Shown here piece by piece: positions 18,552-20,000 of a DNA stretch of 20,000 nt. The position numbers were made by a program, and so were the translations under genes. This stretch comes from Saprolegnia diclina VS20 (Eukaryota). The notes below the pieces were generated by a model that did not search any database, was not told the origin of the DNA, and worked only from the letters and a program-made list of their open reading frames with translations. Each line of letters starts with the position of its first letter. The first letter of the stretch is position 1. The stretch is taken from positions 84,301-104,300 of the forward strand of contig NW_008246085.1 of NCBI RefSeq assembly GCF_000281045.1, read 5' to 3'.

Positions 18552-18771
18552 GTGGGCCTCGTATTGATCCATTGCGTACACACTTGTAGCATCTTTAAAC
18601 ATGATAGACAATATTGTTGTCTGGTATACATACTATAGTACTCGTAAAGGACACGTTGCCGGCGCGTTCCTGCGCCAATGCCGAGTTGGAGGTGCTCGGT
18701 AGTCATTCAAGACCACGACCTGTCGGATTCGTAGGACAACTTGTACACATCGGACCTCTCGTAACGTCCAA

Positions 18772-19965
18772 TTACGATTGCTGCATCAGAAGCGCACTTT
18801 GGCGCTGGTCCCGCGCCTTCTTCTTGGCCGCCATCTCGGCAATCTCGACCTTGCGCTCGTAGTTGGCGACTTCTTGGGCGAGCTCGTACATGAGCGCTTT
18901 TTGGCCCACAAAGTCGAGAATCTAGTCGGACTTCTGGGCGGGTATGACACAGGCGCGTCAGAATACCTGCGGCATCTCGGTGCTTGTCTCAGCCTTGGCG
19001 CTCAGCGACGACTTGACGAGCTTCGTATCGTGCGAGATTTCGTCGCCGACCGTGAGGAGCTCGGTTTTGACCTTGTCGTGGAGCTCGGCGCGGTCGCGGA
19101 TCTCGGCTTGGAGCCACGCCGACTCGTCAATGAGGTCGTTGAGTTTCTGCTTGAGCGTGTTGAGCAGCTGCACCGTGTTGCCGGTCGTCTGCTTGAGCTT
19201 GAGGAGCTCGTCGTTGCGCTCTTCGATCTTGGCGACGTACTGTTTGTTTTCAATCTGGAGCTGGTGAAAGTCAATGTAGTGCAGCGCGTCGCCCATCTCT
19301 TCTTTTTGCCGCAGCTGCGCGTCGATCTTCTGCGCCTGGCTCTTGAGCGTCGCGTTCTTGAGGCGGAGCTTCTCGATGACCGCGTCCTTGGCGCGCAACT
19401 TGTCTTCCATGTAGCGGACCATTTTCTCGGCTATCGTTTTGCCCGTGCGAAAATTCTCGGCGCCCACGACGATGTCGCGCTTGAACTCGTAGGCGTCCAT
19501 CTTGAGCTCGGCGATGCGGATGTCGGTCTCTTCCAAGACGGCGCGGAGCGTGTCGATGAGCCGCTCCGAGCTGCGCTTGGTCTCCTCGATCTCCTTTTGC
19601 GCCTCTTCGAGCTCGGCCGAGCAAATGTCATTCTTCTGCTCGATCGTTATCGTGGCCTGCGGCCGCTGCCGTCGCTGCCGGTTCTTGGCCTGCTTCTCGG
19701 GCTTGTCCTTCTTATCGTCGTCCTCGGCGGCATTGGTCGGCTATAAGAAATCACTTGATAATGGCTCCCCCGGGGCGACGGACCTGCGCGTTGCGCTTGA
19801 GGAACGAGTCGAAGAGCTCGTTCTCGTGGCTCAAGAGCTCGTTTTGGCGCAAGGCTTCCTCGAGCTATCGTGGAGATGGCATAGTTAGTTAGTGGATCGT
19901 CTAGTCGATACGTAGTTGACCTTGGCCTCGAGCTCTTCAATGTCGTCGTTCGACGCAGAGTCCAT
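18772..19965 (-). CDS. CCDC113: Coiled-coil domain-containing protein 113 / CFAP263 (DUF4201), ~352 aa; exons 19912-19965, 19784-19864, 18967-19740, 18772-18921
   Basis: Motifs ENELFDSFLKR, TIEQKNDICSAELE, YEFKRDIV, EKLRLKN..LK.Q..K...QLRQKEEMGDALHYIDFHQLQIEN and RNDELLKLK..GNTVQLLN are typical of CCDC113. Introns: 19865-19911 (CTAAC branch point; alternative donor at 19920), 19741-19783, 18922-18966. Confidence 0.85.
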
Positions 19966-20000
19966 ACGCTTCAAGCGGCGGCGCGTTTGGCAGTGCCAGT

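Noticed and set aside
79..19746. Many long plus-strand ORFs overlapping the minus-strand genes (e.g. 6240-7340, 10958-11965, 13215-14129, 18778-19746) and 16983-18080 on the minus strand
   Set aside because: Antisense shadows expected from GC-rich codon bias. They mirror the real genes and have no recognisable motifs.
1..20000. Prokaryotic operon, defence island, CRISPR array or RNA genes
   Set aside because: Spliceosomal introns and eukaryote-specific genes show the DNA is eukaryotic. I saw no regularly spaced repeats and no tRNA/rRNA signatures.

Overview
Eukaryotic, GC-rich, gene-dense DNA with very short (43-56 nt) GT-AG introns and a cilium/flagellum gene. It is most consistent with an oomycete, probably Saprolegniales (inference). 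About 15.4 kb is a head-to-tail tandem array on the minus strand of nine intronless paralogues: seven complete copies, one running off the left edge and one truncated/decayed. They encode ~360-390 aa proteins with a degenerate bZIP-like basic region and zipper, a second coiled coil (W..LA..ERKR....EN.RLK..++EQV.FA) and a predicted START/SRPBCC-like C-terminal domain; they resemble the oomycete family often labelled 'M96 mating-specific protein family'. The array is interrupted by a 100-N gap, a 26-bp perfect palindrome, a probable eroded RTE-type LINE relic, and a two-exon Mdm35/TRIAP1-like twin-CX9C gene in opposite orientation. To the right lie a five-exon type II membrane prolyl 4-hydroxylase-like dioxygenase and a four-exon CCDC113/CFAP263 gene. 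Most notable: (i) the bZIP-like + START-like array with non-canonical, diversified basic regions; (ii) a recurrent, ordered set of bZIP-type motifs (GTGTTATAA, TGACGTG[G/T]CA, TGAGTCA) upstream of several paralogues, suggesting auto-/cross-regulation; (iii) a ~250-aa insertion of two tandem ~110-aa Trp-rich repeats splitting the P4H catalytic domain, each repeat ending at an equivalent phase-2 intron.
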